This document shows, piece by piece, positions 1 to 12,715 of a DNA stretch of 64,000 bases (its first letter is position 1; every line of letters starts with the position of its first letter). The notes beneath the pieces are model-generated. The model was not told the origin of the DNA. It ran no database searches and worked only from the letters and a program-made list of their open reading frames with translations. Location of the stretch: the NCBI GenBank assembly GCA_965178125.1, contig OZ237769.1, positions 558,001 to 622,000 on the forward strand, in the 5' to 3' direction. The position numbers and the translations under genes are program-made. The DNA is from Bilabrum cf. latius. Lineage: Eukaryota.

Positions 1-78
1 GACGCTCTGCTACCTCCCGCACTTTATATTTGTAGTACTGGTGTTCATGTTTTACACGTTCTTACCTCTAAATCGCAG

Positions 79-857
79 AGGATGAATCCGGCCACACGTA
101 CCGCTTCAACATCTGCGGCGACGTCGGGCTCAAGTGCGCCCCCAAGGAGTGGGTGAGCCTCTACGACCACGGATCGGCCATGCAGACATGGGGAGACGTC
201 CCCGAGTGCGACCTGACGGACCCCACGACGTACTGCACCGACATCGAGGACGGGCAGGCGCAGTGCTGCTCGTCTCCCTGCCAGATCCTCGGGGTGGGCG
301 AGCCCTACTTTGAGCTACTCGACCGCAAGAACCCAGAGACCGGCGGGATCCGGGTGCTGCACCAGACCGTCCCCGCCCACGCGGACGACCCCTACAACTG
401 CCCCTATGACCCCGACACGGGGGGCTTCTACCAGCGCGAGATGAAGATCGAGATCAGGTGCAACCCAAAGGAGAAGGGCCTCCAGGTCCAGTCCGTGGTC
501 GAGAACCCCAACCGCCCCTGCTCGTACACGATTGCGGCCCAGTCCAAGTACGGCTGCGGCGCCAAGGTGACGAGCGCAAAGTCGGCAGGCAAGAGCGGCG
601 GCAAGGTGGCCGGGGCCTTCTTCGGGGGCGTCTTCGCGACCCTCATCGTGGGCGCCGTCGGGTTCTACGTGTACCAGAGGCAGCAGATGGGCCTGCCCCT
701 CCTCCCCTTCGACAACGCCCCCATCGGCAGCGGCGCGGCGGGCAGCGGCACCAGCAGCGGGTCCAGCGCAGGTGCCCCGGACGCCTCGTTCACCGGAGGG
801 GCCGGCTCGGGGAGCGGCGAGGGCGCGGCCCAGGCAGGCACCTACTCTTCCCTCTGA
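79..857 (+). CDS. Last exon of an MRH-domain (mannose-6-phosphate receptor/ATG27-like) type I membrane protein; 5' part lies upstream
   Basis: Acceptor cgcag ends at 78. Reads DESGHTYRFNICG, then a Cys-rich lumenal domain (IEIRC...CSYTIAAQSKYGC), one TM helix (GAFFGGVFATLIVGAVGFYVY) and a C-terminal YSSL sorting-type motif. TGA stop. Confidence 0.7.
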
Positions 858-1552
858 TCCGATCTCTGATCCGATCACGAGGAGTGTGACGAGTACGTGT
901 GTTGCGATGCGTGTGATGAGTGCGGTTGAGGCGATTCGCGTAGGAGGTGAGGTGAAGTGAAGTGAAGTGTGGTTCGCCCCTCCCCGCCCCCGATAGCAGC
1001 GTGCTGGGCCTTGTCTCTGGTTCCTCTCGCGGCCGCGCCCGGTCGCTCCCTTGCTCCGAGTTTTCTCCCGCGAGTCAGCCAGGCAGAGTCTTTGGGCGGG
1101 CCTCGTGCCCCCCGCCCTCTCCCCCCGCTTGCGTCCCGCCCCGCCGCGCACCCTGGAAACAGCGGTGCATCGGCGTGGCAGGGCACAGAAGGGGGATGGG
1201 GGGGCTGTACTCGCGGGCTGATCCGATCCTCTCTGCCCCCCTTGTGGGGTCAGGGGGGCGCTCGACCATGGGAGCGGAGGGGCTGCCGCAGGAGGAGACG
1301 GGGGTGTGCCTAGTGGGGGGCACGGGCAGGGTGCTGGAGGTGATTGTGGTGGCCGTGGTTGTTGGGGAGACGGTGGTGATGCAGTCTCATCCGTGACTGC
1401 GTAACCACTTGAGGCTGAGGTTGGGCTGCCCGTGCACTTGTCAGGTGGACCTGAGTTGAACACAGATTATAACGCAACAATGATCCGACCAATCTTGGCC
1501 CAGACTACATAAAGGTTAATTACCCCCTTCCCCCCCCCACTCCTTCTCCCCC

Positions 1553-3025
1553 TCACACGATCCCGTCGGGATCAACGTCGGGCAGACCAGGCGAGCTGTT
1601 GCCGTCCATGTCGGCTCCATCCGGATCCACTCCTGCACCACTGGACGCGTCCCCGTCGACCTCAGCCCCTTCGACCTCGACCTCACCCCCAGAAGCCTCA
1701 TCCCCAGAAGCCTCACCCTCACCAGCCCCCTGTGCCCCACCATCCGCACCAGGCCCAGCTGCACCCTCACCAGCCCCCTGTGCCCCACCATCCGCACCAG
1801 GCCCAGGCCCAGGCGCAGGCACCGGTCTCCACAGTCTCTTCGACTCCTCCTCGAGCATGCCCAACAGCTCGTGCTCCTTACACTCCGCAAGATCATCGAT
1901 GAACGCTCGATCCAGGACGGGCGCCGATGGCTCGTTGTCCTTGTCGTGCAGCTCGGCCAGGTAGGGGTGCGCCAGGGCCTCTTCTGCGGTGATGCGGCGG
2001 CTGGGATCAAACTGGAATATCTTGTCCAGCAGGTCCAGAGCCAGGGGATTGGCACCTGGGATGAGAGAACCCAGATTGGCTCGCTCGTGGCCGTGGGTGG
2101 ACTAGACCCGCTGGAGAAACCGCCTGGCGGCGTGGTTTGACACAAAGTCAAGCTCGCCGTCCGCCCCACTCGGACACCCCACGGCAGCCAAAATCTTCTC
2201 CAGCTGATCCACTGTGGAATGTCCGGCGAACATGGGCCGCTTCCCCAGTATCTCTGCCAGGATGCACCCGACGCTCCACACGTCCATGGCCCCGGACAGA
2301 GGCCCGCAGCTGATCATCGCTTCGGGCGAGTCGTAGTGGCGAGCGACCACGATTCTGCACCTGTCGGAGTCATCCTCAAGCTCGGAATGCTTCTCAATCA
2401 GATCAACGGGCTTGCCCCCGTCTCCGGTGGGGCGCCCCAGCGCCACTGCCTTGCCGAACTGACACATGGCCAAGTCGCAGTCGGCGTTGCAGTGGACGTT
2501 CCCGGGCTTCAGGTCGCGGTGCACCACACCGGCGCTGTGAATGTACTTGAGACCACGCATCAGTTGGTACGTGAAATACTTCGCGTGGTCGTCGGTGAGC
2601 TCCTGGCGGCTCCTGAGGATGGCGGCCATATCGACGTCCATCCGTGGCGACGCGAAGCACACCTCTCCGCGCTGGGAGGGCCCACCGAGGGAGCCACGGG
2701 GCACGGGTGGTGGTATTATTACATCCGATATGCCCACTATATTTTCATGGCCGCCTACGTGTCGGAGAATCGTGAGTTCTCGCAGACAGACCCGGGCCTT
2801 CCCAAGCCAAACCATTGATGAGTCCTTGGTAGACAGCTTGCTCGTTATCCTCACACGATGCCGAAGTGATGTATCTATGCAGGTGTAAGTGTCGCCGTAT
2901 GACGCAACCTTCACATCCTAGTACCTCTTGTCGACCATCGCAACGCTTCGTTTAGACTTGTGCAGGTAAAATTCTCGCTTGTAGTCGCAACCAGCGCATT
3001 CTGGAGCATGCCCCACCGCAGCCAT
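1553..3025 (-). CDS. MAP kinase family protein, probable pseudokinase (490 aa, 2 in-frame TAG)
   Basis: ATG at 3023-3025. VDKRY*DVK (TAG 2918-2920), HRDLKPGN, DVWSVGCILAE, QRV*STH (TAG 2102-2104), LDLLDKIFQFDPSRRITAEEALAHPYLAELHD. TGA at 1553-1555. One frame throughout. Confidence 0.88.
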
Positions 3026-3219
3026 TGGATAGATAAGCACTTAAGCAATTAGATTGGGTCGCGTACTTCGGCCATCGGATAGATGTGTGCATGTATCCGG
3101 ATGCTCGATCTTACCGCATAACGAACGTTCATGAAGGAGGAAATGTCTGTCCACGGTCGGTCCGTGCGGCGAGTGCAACTCGAACTGCAGCATATTTCCA
3201 GACAGCCACCGGAAGAATA

Positions 3220-4135
3220 ATGTTTACGGTTGCTGGAGTTGTCCTGGCTTGCACATTGTCTGGCGCACTTGCTGCGCCCAAGGTCCGCAGCTTTACCGTC
3301 AAGTCGTTCTTCGAGGGTAAGCTAGCCCTCAGCAAATGGTGCACGCAGAAAGGTGCTTACCCGGGGGCATCCCTTGGAATCTATGCACCACATGTTTTCT
3401 TCATTTTGCACAGGTCCCTGGAATGTCACCGTGCTAAACCCAGCGGTTGCGGATGAGGGCGCGGACGAGCTATTCAGTGACAGCGCAATCGATTCGGCCC
3501 TCACGTACAACTTCACGTATGACGATGCCACGGAGGAGCTGCAGAGCATTGTGTACGAGGGTGACGCCGCGGACCTGATCGTCGTCGGAGACGCCACTCT
3601 GCAGGTGAGTGAGAGCGACAACTCGACGGCCGTGTGGAGCGACGCATCGGACGAGGCGGAGGAGGGCGCGGGCGCCTCTGTTCGCTTCGAGCTCAAGTTC
3701 GAGCGAGCTTCGTCCTCCGTGTGGGTGGCGCAGGGTAGGGATTCGGAGAAAAAGGTGTCATACAGCGTCGTGGCAACCCTGCCCGACACGTTTGTGGCGA
3801 CCGAGACTGGCGACGACGGTGTGACGAGCGTGACGGTGGGCCAGCGGTACCACGCCCCTCAGGAGAAGTCCTTCTTTTAGAAATACGGCACCTATGGTAT
3901 GATGGGCGGGCTGTTCCTGCTGAACATCGGCATGAGGTATTTCACGGGGCAGGGGGGCATGGGCGGGGCGGCTCCTGCAGGCGAGGAGGGAGAGGGGCAG
4001 GTGGAGGGGGAGGCCCCTGCTGCGGTGGAGAACAGTGCGGAGCCCACACCCAGCAGTAAGGCTGGGAAGGGCAAGGGCGGGAAGCGTGGCAAGGGCGGGA
4101 AGAAGGCCTCTGGGCAGGAGAAGAAGACCCAGTGA
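3220..4135 (+). CDS. Signal-peptide protein with C-terminal TM helix; exons 3220-3316 and 3414-4135; 1 in-frame TAG
   Basis: Hydrophobic N-terminus MFTVAGVVLACTLSGALAA. GT-AG intron 3317-3413. QEKSFF*KYGTYGMMGGLFLLNIGMRYF (TAG 3878-3880) joins two track ORFs. Lys-rich tail, TGA stop. The SFFxKY motif before the TM helix is reminiscent of EMC10-type proteins (tentative). Confidence 0.7.
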
Positions 4136-4842
4136 GCAAGCAAGCAGCGAGTGAGCAGTGAGTGCTCCCGGCTTGCTCTCAATATTTCTTGGTCTTCGCC
4201 TTGGCGGGGTAGGGCATGATGCGGTGTCTAATGCAGTGGATGAATGAAGCTACACGGGGCGCTGATCGAACCGCCAACTGCAATGCAATGCTCGACCTAG
4301 GCAACACAACGAGCCGATGATCCTACTAGACTAGGAACATCACATCAAATCAAGCCGCGGCAACTCATTGGGCAGGTACAGTGCTAGTCGTGCGGTAGAT
4401 TTGGGTAGACCTGGTACAGTTGAATCGACACGGAATCCTGGATTGTTCGATTGCAAGTCGCGCCGGCCACTTCCGACCGACACTCATCACACACAGGAAC
4501 CGCCCCCGAATCCTACGCCCCTCTCTTCTCATCCACCTCCTCCCCCCTCCCAACCAGCTCAGCCCCAGCACCAGAGAACCACATGCTCACTGGCACCGGC
4601 CCCCCACAGCCCACGGCTGCACAGGGGGAATCGCCTCGCTCCACACCCCACCCACTACCAACATACTGGCCGGCGCTGGCAAGCGGCACTAGACCGCAAA
4701 GGACTGCCGATCACCAGCTCCAGCTTGCGACTAGAGGAGAGGCCCGCGCCACCACGCAGCCGTCCCCGCCGTCGCCGCTCCGCCCACACATCGCCACCCT
4801 CCATCTCCTACCTGCTTCCAACCGTGCACCAACTGGCACAGC

Positions 4843-5736
4843 TCAGAACTGCAGCTTCTTGAAGAAGAAAAGGGCGCCCTGGAACGCCTTCTGGCTGGCC
4901 TTGTCGGGCTTGTTCAGCTTGTCCACATTCAGCCAGCGGTCCTGCATGGCCTTCTTGACCTCGCCCTTGGCGGCGTCGAGCTTCTCCTTCTTCTTGAGGG
5001 TGGCAGTGTCCACGAGGCTGGCCAGGGACTCGGCGATGTCCAGGTTGTAGCGGGTGGGCATCACGTGGTTCAAGTTGACGTACTTGACGAAAGGCTTGAC
5101 GGCGAGGCGCTGAGACACCTTGGACTGCTCGTCCTGGTGCTCCTTGTCCCACTTCTGCATCTTGCGCGTCACCTTGCGGGGAGCGCGCTCCAAACCAGCC
5201 ACTGCGGCAGACAATTCAGGAATTAATGGCAATATCGGTACGGGGTACAAGGCAGCTGCTGCAGGGTGCTGGAACCGCAAGCGGCATCTGCTCGATTTGG
5301 GCTCACCGATGGCGTGGGGGAAAGGCCTGTCAGCCTGGCCGGACTCGGCGGCAGACAGTACCACGGCCTTCTTGCCAGCGTACCGGCCCCTAAGGATAAC
5401 AACAACGCGTCCCTTCTTGATCCTGCGACGAACAGAGCAATGCAGGCGAGCAAACCAAGACAGATTCTATTCCATCCTCTCGAGCACCTCCAAGCCTAGT
5501 CACAGGTCTTTTGGCTAGCTCAAGCTGAAGTTAATATAGTATTCACTGTACGGCAAGGCAGCATTCTCTGTAGGTGGCCTGTCAGCGATAGTTGAGGGCG
5601 ATGCATGCTTCCAACTGAAAGCCCAACGATGAAATAAGGCCCTGTGGGGATATCACTGTATCGAATTCGAAAATACCCTCAACAGATCCAGAACATCTCA
5701 ACAATACAAACTGTTGTAAACTTACACGCGCCCCAT
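4843..5736 (-). CDS. RPL27: 60S ribosomal protein L27 (eL27); exons 5726-5736, 5307-5422, 4843-5201
   Basis: Spliced product MGRVIKKGRVVVILRGRYAGKKAVV...PFPHAIVAGLERAPRKVT...KPFVKYVNLNHVMPTRY...FFFKKLQF. GT-AG introns 5423-5725 and 5202-5306. TGA stop, no TAG used. Confidence 0.95.
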
Positions 5737-5875
5737 ATTAATAGGATAGGTACCACCGGTTGATATACGGCTCGATCGGCTGAGTGGTGGCTGCCATTGA
5801 TCCGATCCTTGAGGATTAATCGGTTGCAACCTCTCGTCCGTTGGATGGGGCATCTTTCGCCGTCGGTATTGTGTC

Positions 5876-7034
5876 ATGGAAGATGCAGAAACCATTACTG
5901 GGTACGGTAGAAGACGAGGCAGACCATGTAAGTTCATATAACTCCCGACAAACTCCTATGAAGTTGTTAATTCGCTGTTTCCGTCCATGGAATGCTGTCC
6001 TACTTCATCCAGTGCCACTGTTTCTTACAGAGGGATCGCCTGATGATGATGGTAGTGGTGCAGCTGCAGGAGGATAGCCCTCAAGTGGTTGGGGATCAAG
6101 CGCACCCAGTGGCGCGTCCTCGTAGGAGCCAGGTGATCCGGTCGCAGGGTGGGGATCTTCTGCGGACGCCAGCAGAACCCGACAAATAGACGATACAACC
6201 GTTACTGAGGGTGAGATGTTTGCCAATCTCGTTCTCGTAACGCTGCGTGGTCTACGTTCGCATTCATTGCGCATGTGTCCGGCTCTCGATGCCCAACTCT
6301 TCCCCAATCGGACGTACACTCGTTTGCTCGCCCGCGCAGTGAACATGGAAGGCGTCCGGGATCTGGACGCAGAAGGGAACCCAGACATCACAGAATAGGT
6401 AGCGAATGCCCCCCGTTATGCGGGCCGGCAGGTGCAGACTCTTCGGGAGCTGGACGAGCAGGCGCGTGCGGCCGCGACGGGAGCGACCGAGGCGGGCCCC
6501 TCGGAGAGGGCAGACCTGACGTTGCTGACGAGTGTGCTCAGCGCGCCCAACGCGGTGGCGGAAAACAACGAGCCCTGGGAGTTCACGATGCTCCTCCAGT
6601 CAGTCGCCAGGGAACTGGAAGAGGCGGGGGAGTTGCAACCGGCGCAGGGGGCGGCCCTGAGCGGCGGCCCGGCGGCGAGCAGCTCTGGGCCGGGCGTGGC
6701 TGGAGGGTCCGCGGCTTCGTCTGCCTCTGCGGCGGGGGCCGGGAGCAGGGGCGTGGGTCGAAGGGCGGGTGCGAGCGCGCATGAGGGAGGTGGCGCCGGG
6801 GCGGGAGCGGGTGCTAGTGCTGGTGCTGCCAGCGGTGCGGTGGGAGCAGGGGCCCCGTCATCTAGCACTCCCTCCTGGGCGCGAGAGCTGCAAGGGGGTG
6901 GACAAAGTGGTGCTAGTGGTGGTCAAAGTGGCGGTGGGGATGGAGGGGATGTGTCTAGGAAGCTTGATCTCGGTCTGGACGGGGGGGAGGGCCAGGGGGC
7001 CACTGCTGGGCGAAGGGCGGGCAGGAGAGGGTGA
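5876..7034 (+). CDS. IFT43: Intraflagellar transport protein 43; exons 5876-5927, 6031-6210, 6340-7034; 4 in-frame TAG
   Basis: DLDAEGNPDITE*VANAP...VQTLRELD...DLTLLTSVL...ENNEPWEFTMLLQSV matches the IFT43 core. TAG at 6075, 6123 and 6396, plus one T|AG split by intron 1. TGA stop. Confidence 0.85.
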
Positions 7035-7197
7035 CGGAGGAAACTGACATACATTGATTTGTACGTTACATCGAATCAGTTCTAGAACCTCCGTACGGAG
7101 GGGTAGGGCAGCGTGCAAGGGGCGAAGAAAGGAACAAGTGTTGCGCCAGTTCAGAAGTATCCCTTTTGGTTCAGTGAGTCGCACTAGACGCCACTCG

Positions 7198-10100
7198 TCA
7201 CACGACCCGCCCCGCTGCCAGCCGCACCGCGAGCCCTGCCAGCTCCCGCACCTCCAGCGCCGCCCCCCAGGCCCACTCTTTGGCCCCTGCCATGGCCCCG
7301 CCCAGCAGACCAGCCCCCTTCCCCTCCTGTCCCCCGCCGAGCCCACCCCCGGCCCGCCCTGCTGCCGCTGCGGCTTTCAGACCCGCAGGGCCGGCATCTG
7401 CCCACAGCCCCCACGACTCGGAGCCAAACCACTGGGTCTCGGAGGGACGACCCGGAGTCGAAATGGACGGCCGGATCGTGCCCCCTCCAGTGCCATGGCC
7501 AGAGCCAGAGCGCTCAGGTGGCTCGGCCGCCTCATCGGCTTCTGCCTCATGCTGCTCCCAGGAGGGGTGTGACGAGCGAGCACTCGCCCCCCAGTGGCCG
7601 CTTCTAATCCCACTCTGGCCACCCCTCCCACCGGTGCCGCCACTTTGGCCACGGCCAGCGAACGTGCGCGAGGTTGGAGTGAGTGGCGGGACCCTTGCTG
7701 ACATGGCAGACCCGGCCATGCGGCTGCAAGCACTCGTCACACTGGCAGCGAAGCCGGAAGGCTACTCCTCAGCAGAGTCCCTCTCCAACCCCCGGGGCAC
7801 ACCCCCGCCCCTAGTGGGGACGCCCCCGCCCCCCCCCCCCCACACCTGAAACCGCGGCGGCTACACGCTCCTCTACCGAGAGACCCAGCCTTCGTGAGGC
7901 ATCGTCCAGCGCTGCTCCGATCGACTGAAGTTCCTCTCCCGTGCCCCCTCCCATCGGACCGTCGATCCAGGGAACAGGGGCAGGCCCAGAGGTGGTGCCT
8001 GCACCTGCACCCCCCGCCATCGGCACAGCTCCCGCAAAGACACCATCTCTCCCCTCCCCACTGCCGCCCAGCACCGAACCGATGCCACCATCATCACCCC
8101 CGCCATTGTCCTCCACTTGGGGATACCCCGTGGTGTGGACCACCGCCCTGTTCCCCTGCCCCCTGCCGCCGCCCGACAGAGTCACGCTCTCCTACCGACG
8201 CACCAGCGAGCCTTCCCTAGCACCCACCCCAGCCCCAGCCCCAGCCCCAGCCCCACCAGCCATGCCCCAGCCCTTGTTCCCCAGCCCCGCCGTGACCCAG
8301 GCAGGATCGCGGTCCCACGGGCACCCGAGCGCGTGCCCCAGCGGCCGCGACACACACGACGCGCACGGGGCGCGAGCGGTGCCCACCCATGCAGAACCGG
8401 TTCCGCAGATGGCGGCCGCGAAGCGCGGCGCCCCCACCTCCCGAGCACACAAGGAAGAAGCCCCCGCCGCCAGCCTGCACCCGCAGGTGCCAAAGTTGAC
8501 GCAGGAGCGGGCGCCGCGCCCCGCCAGCGGAACCGCCACTACCCTCAGGTGGTGCGCGGCAGACAGGGGCCAGTAGAGCGGCTGGGCCAGGCGGAAGAGC
8601 AGGTGCAGCGCACGACGGGCCAGCAGGCCTCTGGGGAACAGTGCGGCCTGAAGCGTGTCCGCCGCGCGGCGCACGGGGCGGGTGGGGTACAGGGGACCGC
8701 CCGGGGCGCTCAACGGCTATAACGCAGAGAGGAGCCTGTGCGCGGGGCGCCCCCGCACCCCGATGGAGCCCAGGCCCCTGAGGCCCCTGAGGACCCGGAG
8801 CAGTGCTGGTTGCGACCGGAGGGTCAGCAGCAGCGGGCACACCACGTCCACGAGGACGGCCGCGCGCCGGGCGAGGGGCGAGGCAGCGCCCGCGTTGGTG
8901 CTGTCGCTGGAAGTGTGACGAGTGCGCCAGGTGGTGGTGCTGCCCTAGTCGTCATCCACCAGCAGCGAGCTCTTGTCATCCCCCCACGGCCCCCCGTGAA
9001 GATGCCCGCGCTCCCTCCCCATTCCTGCCTCGCCCGCCTCCCCTGACGCAGTGGCTGTGGACATGGCCCCCGCGCTCGTCGTGCGGGCCACCAGGGAAGA
9101 CGACGACCCGGGGCCGGCAATCGCACTCGTCACACCGGTAGCACCACCGTCCTGCCATCCCCCAGCCTCCTCTCCTGCCCCCTCCTCCTCCAGCCACCTG
9201 CACCTGCGCAGGAACTCAACCAGCCCCTCACCACCGTCCCACCCCTTAGCTCCGCTTTCACCACCCTCCCCAGTGTCCTCGGAACGGCTTTGTCCACCCT
9301 ATGCACAGATCCGGATCCACAGCAGGCAGTACCGCGCCGCCACGCATGCCAGCACATGCCGCTGCTGCCAGTCACCCGCCACCAGACCCAGGGGCTCCAG
9401 GCTATAAAGTGATGTTCTCCGGTCAATTGTTCCCTGGGATGAAGTGTCGTGCTTCGTCATGCTGCTCGCCCCTGCAAGCCCGCTTGCCCCCGCCACATCG
9501 CCGCTCCCCATCGCCTGTCCCTGCGCCCCAGGGGCCACCGCACCTAGCAGGGAACAAGCGAGCGGCTGGGCCCATGCAGCCCCCCCTGAAGCAGCCCATC
9601 CCCCCCCATTCCCATCCCCATCCCCCTCCCCCCTCCCCCCCTGCATGCCCTCCGCCGCCAGCCACATGAGGTCTCCCATCCCCCTGGACAGCTGGTCCAC
9701 GTGCACAGACAGGCGCCTCCTGGCCGCATCCACGGACTCGGGGGAGGGATCGTCCACCGGTGGATCCGTCATGGTATGACCTACACTCTCCTTCCCCTCG
9801 GATACAGGGCCTGCCCCCTCCGCGTGTCTGGAAGGGACCGCCCGGCGGTGCCGCATCAGCACCACCACTGCCGCTGCGGCGCTCCTGCCCCTGGCCTCTC
9901 GTTGTTCCCTGGGACTCTCCCCTCCCATGCGCAGGGGGGTGCCCAGACCCTCCTAGTCCCGCCAGTCGTTACCCATCGCGTCGCTGTCTTCAACTTCACC
10001 GGTGGACTCGGCCCCGCCGGCCCCCAGAGCACCCGGGTGTCTGATTCCCCGCTTGCCGTCCCTGCACTCGTCATCCGCTTCGGTGCCACTCCCTCCCTGT

Positions 10101-11605
10101 GAGGACCGACCGTCACTCTCCGCAGTCGCCCCCTCCCGCCCCCACCCCAGCCACAGGCGATGCGTCAGGTGGGCAGCCACCCGAGGCGCCTCCGAGCTCG
10201 TCCCCAGGTCCTCCAGCAGGGCCAGCAGGCGGCCAACGGGCCCACCGTCCCGCTGCAGACCGCCCCCACTGACAGAACCCGAGCCGGAGTCCTGCCCGGA
10301 ACTCCCCCCATCCGTGCCACCTACATTTTCCTCGTCCTCGTCCTCGTCCTCGTCACCACCTCCCAGACCACCTCTCCGCCGCAAGGACCTCTCCAGGGAA
10401 CAAGCCTCCTCCCAGTAGTACAGTGCCAGCACGTCTCCGTAGTGATGCAGCCCACACACCGAGGAAGCCGCCTCCCGTCCTTCGCCATCGCCATCGCCAT
10501 CGCCATCCCCCTCCGCTTCCCCTGCCCCACCGTGCGATGCACCTCCGGACGAGCCGCGCGACCCCGCCGCCGCTCGCCCCCCAACCCCCCGCTCCTAGCA
10601 CTTTGACCACCCCCCCAGCAGCCTGCCCACCTGCGGGTCCAGCCTCGCCTCCAGCTCTCGCCGCAGCTGCCCCAGCACCCCCGCCCGGTCCACCGCGGTG
10701 ACCCCAGGCTCGGCGGCCTCCTCCAGCATACGCTCCACGTCGCGGGCCAGCACGCCCACGAGGGCGGGGCCCACGAGGGAGGACGCGACCGTGGAGGCGG
10801 GGCCCCCGCTGGCGCTGCCGTGCAGTGCACCCTGGTCCTCCACGGACCCGAGGCCCCCGCCCACCCTCCTGCCGTGACCCAACTACTGCTGCGACCCCTG
10901 CAGGGAGAAGGAGAACGAATCCTGGTCCCATTGAGCATGATCCTGCCACGCCCCTAGAGGGCCCAGCAGCCGGGGTGGTGGTGACCCCAGATCGAACCCC
11001 GCCCCGGGCCCCCCGACCCCGGCATCACCCTCCCGGCTCGGGCCGCGCCCGGCCTGGTGTCCACCCGCCAGGGCAGAGTGCGATGGGGCGGGGCAATTCG
11101 CTACATTCCTAGGCGAGTCGCCACGATCCGATCCCGAGATCGTGCCACCTTCGGCAGAGGGGGCGGGCCGCAGCCGGAGCGAGCTGGAGACCATACGGAC
11201 CGCTTCTGCGGTAGCACTGGCGCTGTCCATAGACATTGCACGGCGGGCTCGCCCCCTGGAGGTTGGTCTTCCTCGGTATGTGATATTATGGGTGCCGCCA
11301 TTTGCGCTAGCATCGGATATTTCATCTGTCTCGCTGGCAGGAGACATGCCATCTGTCTGCTCGAACGGCAACTGACGCGGAGAATGCAGCAGCTCATCAT
11401 TACTGGACCCGCCACGCTCCCTGCGTCTTGAATCGGCTCCAACTACACGTTGGGACATGGACTTTAGGCCATTGGATCCCATTCCAGATGAGCCTACGCG
11501 CTGCCGACTGCTCCATCCCTCATCATCACCGCCAGCTCGCCCGATCTGGCGGTGATGTCGCTAATCTTGCATGTCACTCAGGCTAGCAATCTTTCTAACA
11601 TCCAT
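7198..11605 (-). CDS. Large hypothetical Gly/Ala-rich protein (about 1470 aa), 9 in-frame TAG, apparent frameshift in the poly-C tract near 7822-7841
   Basis: Seven track ORFs lie in one frame from ATG 11603-11605, separated only by TAG (11561, 10883, 10595, 9953, 9299, 8945, 8717, 8192). The plausible tail (TAG 7762, TGA 7198-7200) is in another frame after the homopolymer. Ordered islands include VLALYYWEEA and LYPTRPVRRAADTLQAALFPRGLLARRALHLLFRLAQPLYW. Confidence 0.7.
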
Positions 11606-11764
11606 GGATTGAAATTTAGTCGTTTAGATGACAAGATGCACAGAAATTTGCTGTGATTACTGGTTGTACCGAATTTGATTTATTCTAGTCAAGTTACTGT
11701 GTACACTGTACAATAAATTCGAAAACGAGAACCAGTTCAATGCACTGTGCACAAACACGACGCC

Positions 11765-12567
11765 ATGCTGGTAGGAAAACGAAAGAATCCCTTTCAGTTT
11801 GAGCCTGTCCAGCCATCAATAGAGCACATATCTGTGACGAAGCAGTCAATGTCCCCTTTCGGTAAGTTGTGCGACTCGCTGAGATTCGCTCTTGTCCATT
11901 GGCCCAAATCCTATCCAGCACACGAGCTGAATCAGCATTGCTCCCCATTTGTATTGCAGAACGGACTGAGCAATGGATGCGATAGGGCTTGAAATCTGCG
12001 TATTCTTCTGGAGCTGCAAGGGAAGGAATCCGAGAAGTTCAGCATGGCGATTCCCAGGTCAGACTTGCATCGGGGATTGTGTGGACGCCAAAATGCAAGC
12101 CAAGCAGAACCAGAGATATGACAAGGTCAGAAGCATCCACAGTCAGCTCCGGGGCTGCTTCTCCCCACTTCTCACCGTTCGGCGATCGAGCCGGCGGCAT
12201 GGTGGATGGAGCACCCTCCTCAGCCGCATCCGGCCCCCAGGCTCGCTCCACTGGCACTGGCACTGGCAGCGCACATAGCTCACCATCGAGCCGGATGCCC
12301 TCTGGCAGTGGCACCTCCCCCTCCTGGGGGTACACAACGCCAGGGGGGGCGGCTCGCTCTCGGGCGGATCATCCGAGATCCCAACTATCCGCCAGCATGG
12401 GCGGCGACTGCCAGTGGGGGGACCGGAGCGGCAGCGGCAGAGGTAGCGGGGCCCGAGTCGGTGGGCAGGCCGGGGGTAGGCAAGGCAGTCTGATGGCCAT
12501 GTGGGGTGGGGGGAGAGCGGAGGCAGCAGGGGGTGCTGGAGCATCGGGTAGCGAGAGAATGGGTTGA
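11765..12567 (+). CDS. Hypothetical protein; exons 11765-11861 and 11960-12567; 1 in-frame TAG
   Basis: MLVGKRKNPFQFE..., gtaag...ttgcag intron 11862-11959 in phase, EQWMR*GLKSAY (TAG 11983-11985), TGA stop. Divergent from the previous gene. Confidence 0.55.
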
Positions 12568-12715
12568 TGCGATAGCATGCGATCAAGCCATGGAGCCGCT
12601 CAATAGGGTGCGATGCGCTTATGAGCCATGGAGCCACTAAATAGGGTGCGGTGCGCTTATGACCCGATAGATCTACATGTTCGCACGATGTGTCTCCTGG
12701 AGTCTTGCATACGTG

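Noticed and set aside
4214-4268. Box C/D-like ATGATG...CTGA segment
   Set aside because: Too short, imperfect C box and no terminal stem. It is probably 3' UTR sequence.
5423-5725. Possible intronic snoRNA in the long first intron of RPL27
   Set aside because: A plausible host, but I could not identify convincing C/D or H/ACA boxes with a guide. It needs an Infernal/Rfam or snoscan search.
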